From NCBI GenBank assembly GCA_965112155.1, contig OZ218103.1: a stretch of DNA of 64,000 bases. One strand, 5' to 3'. A program made the position numbers and the translations under genes. The notes beneath the pieces were generated by a model. It made no database searches. It had not been told where the DNA came from and was given only the letters and a program-made list of their open reading frames with translations. Positions 22,968 through 36,457 of this stretch are shown one piece after another (position 1 is the first letter of the stretch; every line of letters begins with the position of its first letter). Source of the DNA: Podarcis liolepis (Eukaryota).

Positions 22968-25900
22968 CGCTAATGTGAAGAAGGAGGGGGAATTACACCA
23001 TTAAGACATAATTGGTGTCAGTCTGCCTGAGCCCACTTAAACATGCACAGAGGAGCCTGCAGAGGGACGGGGACTCGAGTTGGGATCTGCCTAAATGCAA
23101 AATATATGGGCTGGATCCTGTGTCCAGTCATACTTTGACTCACAGGGAGGAATTCAGCATTGTGCCCTTCCAGTGGTCCTGTTAGTGTAAGCATTTCCTG
23201 CGGGTTCTCCAGCCCCACCCCCCAAAAAAGAACCTTCTCTTTTTGGCAGAGGACTAGTGAGATTCATTGTGTGTCTCCCATAGTGCACCTGTGTAGTAGA
23301 ATTCATCCCATGGAACTCAATGAAACTTTAGTTACCTGACTGACTTATGTCCCATTAATATCTATGGGTCTGCACTAAGTAGTAATGCTAATATTTGTTA
23401 GTCTTCCCCCCCCCCAAATGAAACAAATTGACTGAATCCAGCTACACACACTCATACTTACCTACCCCTGTGTGACAGGAACAGTGCTTTTATGTTGAAC
23501 AGGTGGCTAGACCAGTAAGACAGCAACAAACCTCCCCTGGAACATGTGTGACGTTTGCAGTTCACTTGCCCTTGTCAGTGTAGTTGGAAACACAGGAAGA
23601 CTGTCTAGCAGTCCTGTTACAATATCTGTATCTGGAATAAGTTGAGGATCCTATTTCCTCTCTCCTTTTCGCTGTCTCCCTTTTCCGTGTCCCATTTGCC
23701 GTAAACTCTTGCTGCTTGCTTTCAAGATCTTGCCTTCATCTCTCGTCTCTTGTTCTTTGACCTTTGTCCTTCAAAATTCTCACCATTCTGTTGGCCTCAT
23801 CCTGTCTGCCAAACCTAAGAGTGCTGCTTCTGTCTCTTCATCTCTGTTGCCTCGCACTGTTCCTTGTTCTGTCCTTTGGATGGCACTTTCATTTGACTTT
23901 ATTTTGAAATAGAATTATATATTGAAATAGTGGCTGAGACTTCCCTGCTTTCAACCTTTACCTCCTCGTTCTTTTTCCTCATTGTGTTTCTGCTTTTTTC
24001 TATCGTGTTCTTTTCCCAGCCTCCATCTTTTTAGTCTGTGAGCTTACTAGAAGGGTAAGTCCAAAAAAGGACTGTGAGAATAAAAATTAAAACGTTTGCA
24101 TCAAAAACACGGGCTGGACCTTGAGAAATGTTTTGATGTATGAACCTAAACATATGAGAGTTGGGAATACTTTCATTTGGGCATTGGTACTTGACGCCTT
24201 GACTGAGACCCCCCACATTTTCAAATGCATCTCTGAACCATGTAGACTAGAGAGTTTCTTGTTTGTTTCCTAATTTCTGGATTCTATCAAGTTCTTGTGA
24301 GCCACAGATTGTGCCCTCAGATGCAAGGGGAGGGAAGGTTCCAGTCTCTCTTTAATTACTGAATAGAAGAAGGCATTTCAGCAGGTGCAGCCCCTCGTTC
24401 ACCCCTTTGACACGATAAGCTGCATCTGCCAAAATTCCTCCTCATACACAACTGTCAAAGGCTCAGGAGCTCTGGGCGGCAAGTTACCCTGTGTGCTTTC
24501 TCAGTTATCCAAGCTGCAATGTCTTAATATTTACCTGTTTTCCTTTCTGTGCCTGCACTCATTCCTTTTTCTTTTTTCCCAATTTTTGAGTTCATCCTTT
24601 TTAGAAATGGGGAAGACGCACACAAATTCGAACCGTGAGAACACCATTGACGTGTATTTTCTGTAATCTGCATTTTGTCAAACCGAGTGTGATCTCCTTG
24701 TTAGACCACTGAAACACATTGAGCTAGTGTTCCCAGAGAAGAATCCTGAAACGGCTTACAATATCTAACCTGTAACCTAACAACTGCCTGTTCTATTTAC
24801 ACTTGTATCCTGCTCTTCCTCTAAGGAGTTCAAAGCAAGACACATGGGTTTCCCATGCAGTCTCCCATCCAAATACTGACCAGCCCCAAACCTGTCTAGC
24901 TTCAGTGATGGAACATCCTCAAGTGGAACAAAATGAAGCAAAGTCCTCTTTTGCCCAGTATGTGCTACTTCCTTTGTGACACGGGAACTACATTTCTGTC
25001 TTGGTTTTATGTAGCAGTCCTTATTTGCATAAAGTTGTTTGCTATCTTCATCTTGTGTGTTCTGATGATGAGCCTCCAAGGTAGGTTATACTGCTGAGGA
25101 ATCAACAACCAGGTATTGTTACTTTTCTAAGGTAGCTGTAGCTGTTGGCTATCTCTGGCAACAGGATGGATCCCTGCTACCTCACACTGCTGTGCATTCT
25201 GCCAATCAAAAATAACATCAAATCTGCCTTCTGTTTTAGGTTTCCTGCCAACTGCAATATGCTTTCTGCTAGCTTTGTTCCTGTTGTAGAAGTGGACAGC
25301 TCCACTTTTCCTCTGACCCATTGCTAATTATTTCCAGACACACACCTGGCTTTCTACCACAAGAATCCCGAAGTATCAGGCACCTCATAGGCTTTGTTCA
25401 CACATAACACAAAGCCATGGTTCAGTTAGCCCAACTGTGGGTTGTTGTTTTTTAAGTGTCTGATTCCACCCCACACTAACCATGGTTTATTTCCAGACAG
25501 CAAAGCATGATTTGAAACCATGGCTCATTCTTGGCTTTTTTTTGGTTTTTCCTGACGCCTGAGCCAGCATCCTGGTTTTGTAACCTTTGTCTGGGTGTCC
25601 TGTCACAGACAGATACTCGTGAAGTTCCAGAAGTGTGAGGCAAGACCTGTGGGAGAACAAAGCTACTCCCCAGGCTAAGCAGCTCTTGGTGTTACTTTTC
25701 CAGAAGTAAGTCTCAGGTTGTGATGCCAATGGAAATAAAATTGAAAGAGGTTTGACCTGCTTTGCTACTTTGCTGTCTATACAGGACTGTTGTGTTGAAA
25801 ACACAACAACTTTTTAAAGTTGGCTATCCTGATCATTACACTTACCCACAAATTATATCACTTCAGCCAGCAAATTGGTACTTAAACCCCCCCAAAAAAA

Positions 25901-26917
25901 CCAAACTAATGGGGATGTTGTCAGGAGCCCTGCAGGGCAAAAGTCTCCCCTGTCACTTAATGGATTCTGAATTTCTGATCTTAAGGCAGCATGGTGTGTG
26001 TCTGTGCTGGGCAGCTGGTTTGGCTTGGGGCATGTGGAGAGCAGTTGAAAATCTGTGAAAATTTCTCTCTTTGATTGCGCAACTGTCCAATTGTAAGGAA
26101 GCTGGTGATGGAGAAGCAATGCCAGTTACAGGAGCAATGTGATGGTTTTGGGATAACAGACAGGAGGGAGAAATACACAAAATTGAGCAAGCCAAGCTGT
26201 GATTTCTTTCCTCTGAGACTCATCATAGCTTGTTCAACAATCCGTGTGAATGTGGCCACTGTTTCTGAAATCTTTGTTCTAGAGTAGCCGCTCTTGGTTG
26301 AACTGCAGGCTGCCATTTTGGTTTGCTTCTTAACAGCCACAACCTGGGAGGCTGCTTGAAGAATCTCTCAAATTCAAACACAGCTATTATATTTGTCCTT
26401 TGTGGATGTGATCCAGAGGAAAGCTGTGCACACAGCTAAGGGGGTTCATAGAAATTTCCTGCAACTGCTTGCAGTGCTGAAAAGAACACAAGGGCACAGC
26501 TGGATCCGGCCAAGAGTTCATCTCATCCAACATCCTGTTTCCACCAGTGGCCAACCGGGCAACTAACATAAAGACTTTTCAGTTTAGCATTTAAAAAACC
26601 AACCGCCTCTTCAGCATGTAATTAAAACATCCAATAACTTTCTGGCTCTTTTATTTATTTTACTTGTTCTTCTGTTCCTTTCATTGTAATCATGGGGACT
26701 GGGATTAGTGGTAGTCCTTGGATCACAGTTTAACAACGTTCCAAATAAAAACCAGCTACAGTTTCTGTCATTTCCCAAAGATTGCTTCCTTTTTGCCGGC
26801 ATAAGCCATCTCCACCCACCCTCACATTTAGTTGAAAGGACCATAATATTGGTTGGCGGTTTCTCTTAAGGGCAGCAGTCCTCTCTTCTACGCTCTAACC
26901 TCTTCCCCTGTTTTCAG

Positions 26918-27032
26918 GAGGGCATACCAGATGCTGACTACAGCAGAGGGTCTGATGAGCCAAGAGGACAGGGTCACTGCAGACAACCTCCAGGAGGTCT
27001 TTGAAACAAATCTCTTCGGACATTTTGTTCTG
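26918..27032 (+). CDS. HSD17B7: HSD17B7 exon 4
   Basis: ttcag| ... |gtaggg, 115 bp. [38 protein letters not shown]. Confidence 0.96.
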
Positions 27033-28274
27033 GTAGGGAAGCTTTTACCTAGTTTTTGTCACACATCCTGGTGTTGTGCAGATGTTATCTGGGTGTTTAT
27101 ACATGTATTGCAAGACATTATTCTAGGTGATCTATGTATTGTGCAACGTTGCCCTACATTCCAGACTTAAAGATGGTTGTGAATAAGCTCTCACCTCTTT
27201 AGTTAATACATTGGTATATCTGCTGAGCTTCCACAGATAAGAATAAGGATGCCTATTTGCATAGGTAAGTTTGCCAGTCCTTTGTTAGTCATTGTAGTGT
27301 AATATCTCTAGCTCTCATCTTTGGTGGCTGTTGCTGGTCTCAGAATATTAAATTGAGTGTGCTAATTCTCAAAAACTGAAGAAGTCCCAGTAGATTTGTT
27401 TTGGTGTGGTTGCTTTTTTAGCACGAGGGCTTAATTCTGCACCAGCAGCATCTGTTTTGACTTTCTGGATGTGATCTGCCGATTTCACAACGGGTTGGTA
27501 GCTGACAGAAAAGCTGACCAAAATTTCTGCCTCAATGACTTCAGGACTGAACTCACTGCTGGTCCTTTCAGTGGACTTCCAGCAAACAACGTTTAAAGGC
27601 AATCTTGTAAGCTGTAATTTGGCCGCACAGGGCAAAAAAATATTAACAATAGAATCCCAGTATAGTAGCTTTATCTCCATAATTGTATCCTGTCATTTCC
27701 TTTAGTGTCCACTGCATGGAGCTAGTGTATTTGACTCCTCTTTACTCTTGCAGAATAGATAATCAAAGTTTGTGGCATCTTGCAATCAGCAGGGTGGTGA
27801 GCACACTAACTGGTCCTACCTGTGTCTGATTCTATGTCTGTGGGCTCCTATTGCAGTGCATAATTGTAATGTGTGCCTGGTGGCAGGAGAGGCAGGGGTG
27901 AGTTGGGGCAACACAATCGTGATGGTGTAGGTTTTACTTGCAAAGCAGGTGGGACCTTAACTGTCAAGAAGGGCAGAACCTCTTGTCCATGGACAGTGGC
28001 GACGCTGCCGGGCATCTATAACGCATGAGTGAAGATGCAAAGTGCTGTGTTACAATTTCACGCCTGTGCTGTGAAATTGGAAACCAAAGACCCGTTCCAA
28101 AGGTTTATGCTGACTTGTGGCTCACTTAAGAAGAATATGTTTATCCAGTGTATACTGTTATAAGTCATGTTGTATGGACAGGAAAGTAAATACATTTGTA
28201 AAGTATTTTAGGGATCTTTGGGGAAATCCTGTTGGTTCTGTTGAGTATGGGTCAGCTTTGTTTTAGAATGTGTA

Positions 28275-28490
28275 CAGTGGAACCTCGGGTTATGTACCGT
28301 CCTCCGTACGGATGCTTCGGGTAATGAGCTCTGCTAACCCTAGTTGCGAAATTTGCCCCGGGATGCAAGCGGAAGTCGCATGGTGGCAGCGGGAGGCCCC
28401 ATTAGCAAAAGCGCGCCTCATGTTAAGAACAGTTTCAGCTTAAGACCGGACCTCCGGAACAAATTAAGTTCATAACCGGAGGTAACACTG
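28275..28490. mobile_element. Family B Tc/mariner MITE, diverged copy
   Basis: TA-cagtggaacctcgggtta ... taaccggaggtaacactg-TA. Confidence 0.8.
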
Positions 28491-29112
28491 TATTCTGAAA
28501 ATAATCTTTTTTTCTTTCATAGATGAAAATGCAGAACATACTTCTTGCAAGTAGAACTTGTGAGGAAGGATCTGTATCGGGGGTTACCAAACATTTTCCT
28601 CCATTGGCCACTTGAAAATTGCAGAGGGGCTTAGTGGACAATGATTTTTCGCCCTTTGTAGTAATTGTAGTGCACTATGATAGGTGCTGTATGATTTTTA
28701 ATTATATTTTTATTGCTCCTTTTGTTTTTTATATATTATATTACAGTTTGAATTCTGATATTAAATATATTAAATATTTTTAATTATTTTAACTGTGTTT
28801 TTATTGCTGCTTTTATTTCACATTGTACAGTATTACAATTTAAATTTCTTCAAATCCAAAATTTAAATACAATATAAGAAATAAAAGAAGCAATTAAAAC
28901 AGTTAAAAATCAATATAAATATTTAATGCGATGGATGTGCTGTCTCCTGTCTTCAAACACAAATCCACAGGCATACTGTGGACCACCTGAAAGACCCTGG
29001 TGGACCACTAGTGGTCTGTGGACCACAGTTTGGGAACCTCTGTTCTAGATTGTATGCCTCTTAAGGCAGGAACCTGGAGCCTTGTTAAAGTCTGGTTTCT
29101 TCATTTTTGCAG

Positions 29113-29307
29113 ATCCGGAACCTGGAGCCTCTGCTCTGCTGCGTTGAAAAGCCCAGCAAGCTTGTCTGGACCTCTTCAGTCAATGCCTGCAAATCTAACT
29201 TCAGCCTTGAGGACTTTCAGCACAGGCAAGGCAAGGAGGCCTACAGCTCTTCTAAATATGCTACTGACCTTACAAGTGTGGCTCTGAACAACCGCTTCAA
29301 CAAGCAG
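29113..29307 (+). CDS. HSD17B7: HSD17B7 exon 5 with catalytic YxxxK
   Basis: tgcag| ... |gtgaga, 195 bp. [65 protein letters not shown]. Confidence 0.98.
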
Positions 29308-29660
29308 GTGAGAGCACCCTATCCTAGTCCTTCCAAAAGGCCCTTCCGACCGAAAGCAAAAGAAGGTGGCATTCTTTTCAGGAAAGTTGGCAAAGTGTGC
29401 CAAGATAAGCGGGTGTGAGTCCCATCAGTGGAAGGCTGTGCAAGGACTTACACATCTGCAATGGGGTCCCCCTCTACACACCTCATGCCTCCCAAATTGG
29501 CTCTGAGGTGTGTGGGTTGTGGGGACCCCCAGAATGTGGTGAGAAGAGTGAGGGGGCCGCTCCGTCTGGCAAGCGGAAACGCTTGTGGTGGTGGAACACT
29601 TGATGTTGTGTGACTCTCAATTCCTCCCATTGTGTTGCGACTTTTCTGAACCGCTGCTTA

Positions 29661-30111
29661 CCGTATTTTTCACCCTATAGGACGCACTTTTTTCCCTCCA
29701 AAAATGAAGGGGAAATGTGTGTGCGTCCTATGGGGCGAATGCAGGCTTTCACTGAAGCCTGGAGAACGAGAGGGGTCGGTGCGCACCGACCCCTCTCGCT
29801 CTCCAGGCTTCAGGAAGCTATCCGCAAGCCTTGCGAGCCTGGCGGGAGTTCCCGCCGGGCTCACAAGGCTTACGGGCAGCAGCCTGCAGCCCGAAGCACG
29901 GGGCGTGCTCCGGAGCGCGCCCCGGGCTTCAGGCAGATGTCTGCAAGCCTTGCAAGCCCGGCAGGAGTTCCCGCTGGACTCCCAAGGTTTGTGAATAGCA
30001 GCCTGTTCTGGGGGCTGGGGTGGGGGAAATATTTTTTTTAAAAAATATTTCCCCCCCAAAAAACTAGGTGCGCCCTATGGGCCAGCGCGCCCTATAGGGC
30101 GAAAAATACAG
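29661..30111. mobile_element. Tc2/pogo-like MITE (CCGTA termini) with internal palindromes
   Basis: TA-ccgtatttttcaccctatagg ... cctatagggcgaaaaatacag-TA. Confidence 0.88.
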
Positions 30112-31641
30112 TAATCCCTGGAGCATTTGTACTCAAATGTCTTGAGAGTTCAGCACAAACTCAAGACAAGCCACAGAATTTGATACTGGCTACAGAATTC
30201 AGTCTCCTGAGAATCTGTCTTCTCCTTTTTTTAAAGTAGGTTTCTAATCCACAGGGCTGCAAAAACAAGCTTTCAAGTTAACAGACAATGCCTGGTCATA
30301 TGCCTAGATTTTGAGGGTGGAGAAGGGGGGGCTTTTATCAGATTGACTATTCTTCTATTTCTCCTTTTTGTGAATAGTGAAAGCAAAATAAATCATGCAG
30401 ACTAAGGGATCTTGAGCAAATTACGGTAGTTTAATTTGCATAATTTATACAGGACATAGAATTTTAGCTGTTTTGTGCTGTGTGGGTGACAAAATGAGAC
30501 AGCATTCTCAGTGGTGGCCCCCAAATTATGGAACTCCTTCCCAAATTACATTTGGTTGTTCCCCCACATTGGGCTCATTGAGATGCAAGGTAAAAGCATT
30601 GTTATTTACCAAGATCTTTGTATATGTGATGTTGCTGCTAATGTCATTGTTGCTCTCTGCTCCTATTATGATGAAGGGTAGGATATAAGTACAAGGAAAT
30701 GAATAAATACAAACTTTGGTTACTTTGGTTCAGATTTTGCCATTGTTTGGGACCGCATTATACACTGTCACCCATGGAGTGTTTTAAAAATATGCAAGAT
30801 GTATCACAATCTTGTCTTATTTATGTTTGCAACACCCCCTGTAAAATGTTCTTTCCATATTGGGGTGAAATAAAATTGACCATGGCCAATAGCAATTTCA
30901 TGATAAAAGAGTTCTTTTTCTAAAATGCCTAAAAGAGCTGAGAGCAATTTGGCAAGGTGTATTGCTGTTCCTCCGGGTCCTATTTTAATAGTCCCAATGA
31001 CCCTGGAAAGTCGCTTAGGCTGTCCAAGGCTTCCCAGTCAGGAGTTGAACCCTGATCTCCCTTCTCTGGGCCAGACTGCTGCACTGTGGCTTCTCACATC
31101 TGTTCCTCCCCACCAAGCCCTTTCCATTCTGTCTGCCCTCCTTCCCCACATGAGTCAGAGGCCTAGTCCACACCATAATTTAATATGGACTAGAAGCTTT
31201 TGTTTTGTGATGTCCACACAGTACCTCACCCAACTGGCAGCCCACAAGGCCCACCTTCACTGTTTTATTCAGATTCTCCCAATCTATGAATAATTTGTTA
31301 AGAGGACATAAAAATCCAACATAAAATCGCTTTCCACTGGCGTGTGGGTGTTAGGATATTTCCGTTCCACCTTAAAAGGGAGAGGCTTTGTGAGTCACAG
31401 AGTCTGCGTATTTCCTGTTCACAGGAAGTTTATGCTTTTGTATATGCTTTCGTTTTCTCTCTGTGCCTGAGACATCGTAGCAGGCAGTCATGTTTTCTCT
31501 TTGTTCTGACCAACGCTGAATAAACTTGTAAATATGCTCTCCTGAGTGCACCTTTCGCTGTACGTATCTGCTGACAGAGCCTGCACGAGCTCTGGAATGT
31601 GGCAAGCTATTTCTGGGGCTCCTGTCGCTAATTGACTGATA

Positions 31642-31958
31642 CAGTGGTGCCCCGCAAGACGAATGCCTCGCAAGACGGAAAACCCGCTAGACGAAAGGGT
31701 TTTCCGTTTTGGAGGTGCTTCGCAAAACGAATTTCCTATGGGCTTGCTTCGCAAGACGAAAATGTCTTGTGAGTTCCTGCGGGTTTTTTCCCCTCCCCCC
31801 CTTTCCCCCAAGCCGCTAAACCGCTTATCAGCTGATCCGCTAAGCCACTAATAGCGCTAAGCCGCTAAGCCGCTAATGGGCTTGCTTCGCAAGACGAAAA
31901 AACCGCAAGACAAAGAGACTCGCGGAACGGATTCTTTTCGTCTTGCGAGGCACCACTG
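31642..31958. mobile_element. Tigger-like MITE (family distinct from B)
   Basis: TA-cagtggtgcccgcaagacgaa ... ttcgtcttgcgaggcaccactg-TA, with internal gcaagacg and gccgctaa repeats. Confidence 0.85.
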
Positions 31959-32660
31959 TATCTACAGGAGGTCGATGGATCGCAACGGAGACGGCTTGGG
32001 GGCAGGATGGCCTTTGTCTCCCTGGCAGTATCCCAACAGTGGGTGCCCTGCAGTGCATTTTGCGACTGGGCTCCCCCCTCCACAATGTGTGTGGTGATGT
32101 TTCACTGGGTGCTTTGGAGGGGAGGAAGAAAAAGAAAAGTGCTGTCTCCACATCTCCACCCTGTTGCTCTCCTTGTCGTGCCTTGGCTGTTTATGTCCTT
32201 TTGGAAATTGCACAGTGGCTTTATGTTTTTTTGGGGGGTGAGGGATTTCTGGAGACCAGCTTCCTTCACACTGACATGCAATCACACGTAAAGCAGTGAC
32301 TTGGGGATGCCGTTCTTTCCACTCCATCCTTCCACAATAGCAGAGAAAGTGGTTTCTAATGAATGGGCAGGGGAAACCTCTCAGGTTTCACAGCTCTGAA
32401 GTCAGCCAAATGCAGGATTTCCGCCTCCCATTCAGAAGTAATTCTTGTCCTAGTTTATGCCATTCACATGTAGAAAGGGCAGAATAGTAAGTTAACAAAA
32501 CCAGGAGGGAAGATTTTTAAAGCTTGCACCTCTTTCTGTTACAAACTTGGCACAAGCCCTGTCTACGTGGTGTGAGTGTGGGTGTCTGCCAGCAGTTGTG
32601 TGTGTCACAGTGTGGCCCCATGGAGCCATCTCTTTCTCTCTCCCCCCACTCTCTCAACAG

Positions 32661-32765
32661 GGCCTGTATTCTAGCGTTGTGTGTCCAGGTGTTGTGATGA
32701 CCAACATGACGTTTGAGATTTTGCCTCCTTTCGTGTGGAAGTTATTTTTCCCCATTCTGTGGCTG
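32661..32765 (+). CDS. HSD17B7: HSD17B7 exon 6 (membrane anchor region)
   Basis: aacag| ... |gtgagt, 105 bp. [35 protein letters not shown]. Confidence 0.96.
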
Positions 32766-32913
32766 GTGAGTGTGATGGTCTTCAGAAACTGCAGCAAACC
32801 CTTAAGTTCTAGGAACTAGAGGCCGATTCAGATTCCCTTATAAGCAGAGAGAAAAGCTGAAGTGGTCAGCGGAACAAATACAAGCATATGGCGCGATCAG
32901 ACTTTACAGTATA

Positions 32914-33137
32914 CAGTGGTACCTCGGGTTACAGACGCTTCAGGTTACAGACTCCGCTAACCCAGAAATAGTACTGGGTTAAGAACTTTGCTTCAGGATG
33001 AGAACAGAAATTGTGCAGCGGCGGCACGGCGGCAGCAGGAGGCCCCATTAGCTAAAGTGGTGCTTCAGGTTAAGAACAGTTTCAGGATGAGAACGGACCT
33101 CCGGAACGAATTAAGTTCTTAACCTGAGGTACCACTG
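32914..33137. mobile_element. Family B Tc/mariner MITE
   Basis: TA-cagtggtacctcgggtta ... taacctgaggtaccactg-TA. Confidence 0.9.
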
Positions 33138-33684
33138 TATTTTACTATAGAGGAAGCCCTTTTTGTCTGTTTCTTGTTTGGGGTCAGACCATCAGAAGAG
33201 CCTCTCAGGTCAGGCCAGGGCCCCTCTACTCCAGCACCCTGTTCTCGGAGTAGCCCACCAAGTGCCCACGGGAGCCCCATAGTGGGACCTGAGCACCAGA
33301 GCCCTCTCCCACTTGGGATGGACAGCAACCAGCATTCAGAAGCATCCTTCCTCTGACAGTGGAAGCAGAACATGGCCATTGTGGCTTCTCCTCCAGGAAT
33401 TGGTCTCCCCTTTAAAAGCCATCCAAATTGGTGGCCATCGCTGCCTCTTGTGGGAGCAGCCTCCTTCGTTTATCTGGTGCTGGGTCTGCCCTGAAACCTG
33501 CAACCTTCAGCTTTGCTGGGTGTCTTCGAATTCTAGTGGGATGAGAGAGGGATATGGCTGCTATTTGGGGGCAGAGGATGGTGGGGTTTTCCTTGCCCTC
33601 CTGGAGCTGCTTCCTCAGCTTCAGTGCCATGGAGTAGAAAGAAGAGAGAACTGACTTCTTGCTTTTCTCTCCCCGCAACTCCAG

Positions 33685-33741
33685 TTCCGCCTTTTCACCA
33701 ACACGTATACACTGACGCCGTACAATGGAGCAGAAGCACTG
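33685..33741 (+). CDS. HSD17B7: HSD17B7 exon 7
   Basis: ccag| ... |gtaaga, 57 bp. FRLFTNTYTLTPYNGAEAL. Confidence 0.95.
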
Positions 33742-34469
33742 GTAAGATGCTTTGGCACTGACATGTTGTGCATTGTGCCTGCCTGATCCATCGCGTTTGC
33801 CTTGCGATAGCCGGTGTGCCAAGAGGTTCACAGCCACTTTCTTTCCTCTTCTGGGGAACCTGTTGGCTGCTCCCACCCTCACCCACCCTGTGATGTGAGT
33901 AGGGCCAACTCTGGTCTGCACTCCCAGCCAGCAACTGTGTGTGTGCATGCGCGTTTGCTGCATCCGTTTGTTTGTTTGATCTGATTGATACCTGCCTGCA
34001 GGTGGGAGTGTGTTTGTGCCGATCATAGTGTGGGATGTTGCTTGATGGCTGGCTGAGTGAGTGCCGCTTGGGTGGGGGTGGGGGGAGTGGTCCAGGGCCT
34101 GTCTCACTATATAACAACAGGCCCTAGGGGACTTCAATATCCACCCAGAGGCTGCTGGCTCAAGACTTCGTGACTACCATGGGTCTTTCTCGGTTGGTCA
34201 TGGTTCCAACACACCGGGCAGAGCAAAGTCTTGATGTAGTCTTTGCCCCAAGTGATATGAAGGACGGAATGAGGATGGGGCAATGCCACGCCCTCCCTTG
34301 TCATGGTCAGATCATTATCTGCTTCAGTTTGGACTGACGACTAGTGGTGGACACATTCAGATGTCTCACCCTTGCAGACTGAGGGAACTCGATGTGTTCC
34401 TGAATGCTCTGGGGAATTTTCCAGAGGAGAAAGCTAGTGGAGTCCTTATCTGACAATGGAACAGCAAGA

Positions 34470-34910
34470 TGAAACAGGCAGTTGCCCTGATCACTCTGGA
34501 CCCTTCAGATTGGAACAGCTCTCCTCCAGTTGCCAGTACCTCCTTTGGGGGGAAGGTGGTGGAGAGGGCTGTGGTGGGGCAGATACAGGCATTCTTGGAG
34601 GACACAGATTATTTAGATCCATTTGAATCTGTGTTCAGGCCTAGCCATGGAACTGAGTTGGCCTTGATCACCCTGATGGATGACCTCTGCAGAGAGTGGG
34701 GACTGCTGGCGGGGGGGGGGGGAGTGAGTCATTGCTCTACCTTCTTGATCTCTTGTTGACATTTGATACCATTGACTATGGTATCCTCCTGGACTGGGAA
34801 TTGGGGGCGCTGTATTGCAGTGGTTCTAATTCTACCTTCTGCACCAAGTCCAGAGAGGAGGCATTGGGAGAGTGCCTGCTGGCTCCCTGGCAGCTTACAT
34901 TATGGGGTTA
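34470..34910 (+). mobile_element. Degenerate L2-clade reverse transcriptase fragment
   Basis: FLEDTDYLDPFESVFRPSHGTELALITLMDDL and, in another frame, LLDLLLTFDTIDYGILL: decayed QSGFRPGHxTETAL and LLDLSAAFDT RT motifs. Confidence 0.8.
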
Positions 34911-35035
34911 TCTCGTTTGAGCCCCTTTAGATCCAAATCCAGCCCCACAGGGGTTTTCAGCACTGGCAGCGGTTGTCTTGAGTCAAACGCACTTGCAAGG
35001 AAAGAACTGCTCACTTGTTTGCATCCCTTTTCTAG

Positions 35036-35134
35036 GTTTGGCTCTTCAAGCAGAAGCCCGAGTTGCTGGACCCCCTGGTGAAATTTCACAGCTGCACCAC
35101 ATTCTTTGGGAAGAACTACGTTGAGATCCGCAAG
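35036..35134 (+). CDS. HSD17B7: HSD17B7 exon 8
   Basis: tctag| ... |gtaagt, 99 bp. VWLFKQKPELLDPLVKFHSCTTFFGKNYVEIRK. Confidence 0.96.
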
Positions 35135-35174
35135 GTAAGTAGACCCCTTCGTGTGCATTGTGTTGTCACGAGTA

Positions 35175-35400
35175 CAGTGGTACCTCAGGTTACATACGCT
35201 TCAGGTTACACACTCCACTAACCCAGAAATAGTGCTTCAGGTTAAGAACTTTGCTTCAGGATGAGAACAGAAATTGTGCTCCAGCGGTGCAGCGGCAGCA
35301 GGAGGCCCCATTAGCTAAAGTGGTGCTTCAGGTTAAGAACAGTTTCAGGTTAAGAACAGACTTCCGGAAAGAATTAAGTACTTAACCCGAGGTACCACTG
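35175..35400. mobile_element. Family B Tc/mariner MITE
   Basis: TA-cagtggtacctcaggtta ... taacccgaggtaccactg-TA, 40 bp downstream of the exon 8 donor. Confidence 0.9.
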
Positions 35401-36009
35401 TATTGCTTTCATGCTTTTGGTGCACACTACGCCGTGGGAAATCATGGAGGACCTACGTCATGAGGCAAGGCAAGGCAGCTGTCTCGGAGGGTGGATTCCG
35501 AGTTCCATTAAGAGGCAGCAGAATCTTCCAGAAAGTTCCACTGCAGAAAGCCCCATAGAAATGAATGTTACTCGCCTGGAGCTTTGGAGATAGGAAGGGC
35601 TAAAACTTACATTTATTTTTAAATGTTATTTCCCTGCGAAAGATGTGTCTTGCTGGACTAGATCAAAGGCCCATCCAAGCCAGCGTTGTCTCCCACTGCA
35701 GGGCCACAACACTCCCCACTTGCAGTGACCAGGCAAAGGCTGACTATGGATGCGCAGAGTGTTTTATGGCTCCTGCCATTTTGCAACCCAGGGGCTTTGC
35801 AGTGAGAAGTGCCAGCCGCCTGCCACCTTCATGTCCCCAAGAAAGCAGCTGGGCCCGCCTACTTCGCACCTCTGCAGTTGGGTCAGAGCTGATGGAAGGG
35901 AGGGATGGCTCTGGGGTCTCCTCTGGGGGTGGGGGGTGGGCTTGTGGTAAAGGAAAGAAAACACTGCTGGTTCTGTGGAATCTGTCCTGATCACAGCTGT
36001 GTCTTTCAG

Positions 36010-36111
36010 ATGGATCTCAGTGAAGATACCGCAGAGAAGCTTTACGAGAAGCTCTTGGAACTAGAGAAGCAACTTCTTGCAAGGTCCAACAGCCCACAGC
36101 ATAAAAAATAG
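36010..36111 (+). CDS. HSD17B7: HSD17B7 last coding exon (exon 9)
   Basis: ttcag|. MDLSEDTAEKLYEKLLELEKQLLARSNSPQHKK*. Joined CDS is 1005 bp = 334 aa plus stop, with all intron phases consistent. Confidence 0.96.
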   Translation: MDLSEDTAEKLYEKLLELEKQLLARSNSPQHKK

Positions 36112-36451
36112 CAAAGCCAGGCCAGTCTTTAGCCACCATTCCTCATGGCAACGAGTTTCTTCCACTTGGGACAGTTAAGAACCTCGGCTCCTCACCACCA
36201 CCCCACCCTGGCTTTTGCCTTTTGCAATGCAAACCTCTCTAGAGATGTATCTTTTGGCTGTCATGAAGCTGAAATGCTGAAAGAGACCAAAAAGTCTTAC
36301 AGTTCAGTCCCTGCCCACCCCAGCGTGGATTTTATAACGCCTTTGCTCTCCTTTTAGTTGCCGTGTCTTTACATCACTGCAGCATTTGTCTTTTCCCCGT
36401 TACGTGTTTCCTGAAGCCTTTGTACTCCTCAGAGCAGGATGTTTTTCAAAT

Positions 36452-36457
36452 AATAAA
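36452..36457 (+). terminator. HSD17B7: Candidate HSD17B7 polyadenylation signal
   Basis: First AATAAA I found after the stop codon, followed by GT-rich sequence. Confidence 0.55.

Noticed and set aside
33412-34137. 241-aa minus-strand ORF
   Set aside because: Antisense to HSD17B7 exon 7 and its introns, non-ATG start, no recognisable homology.
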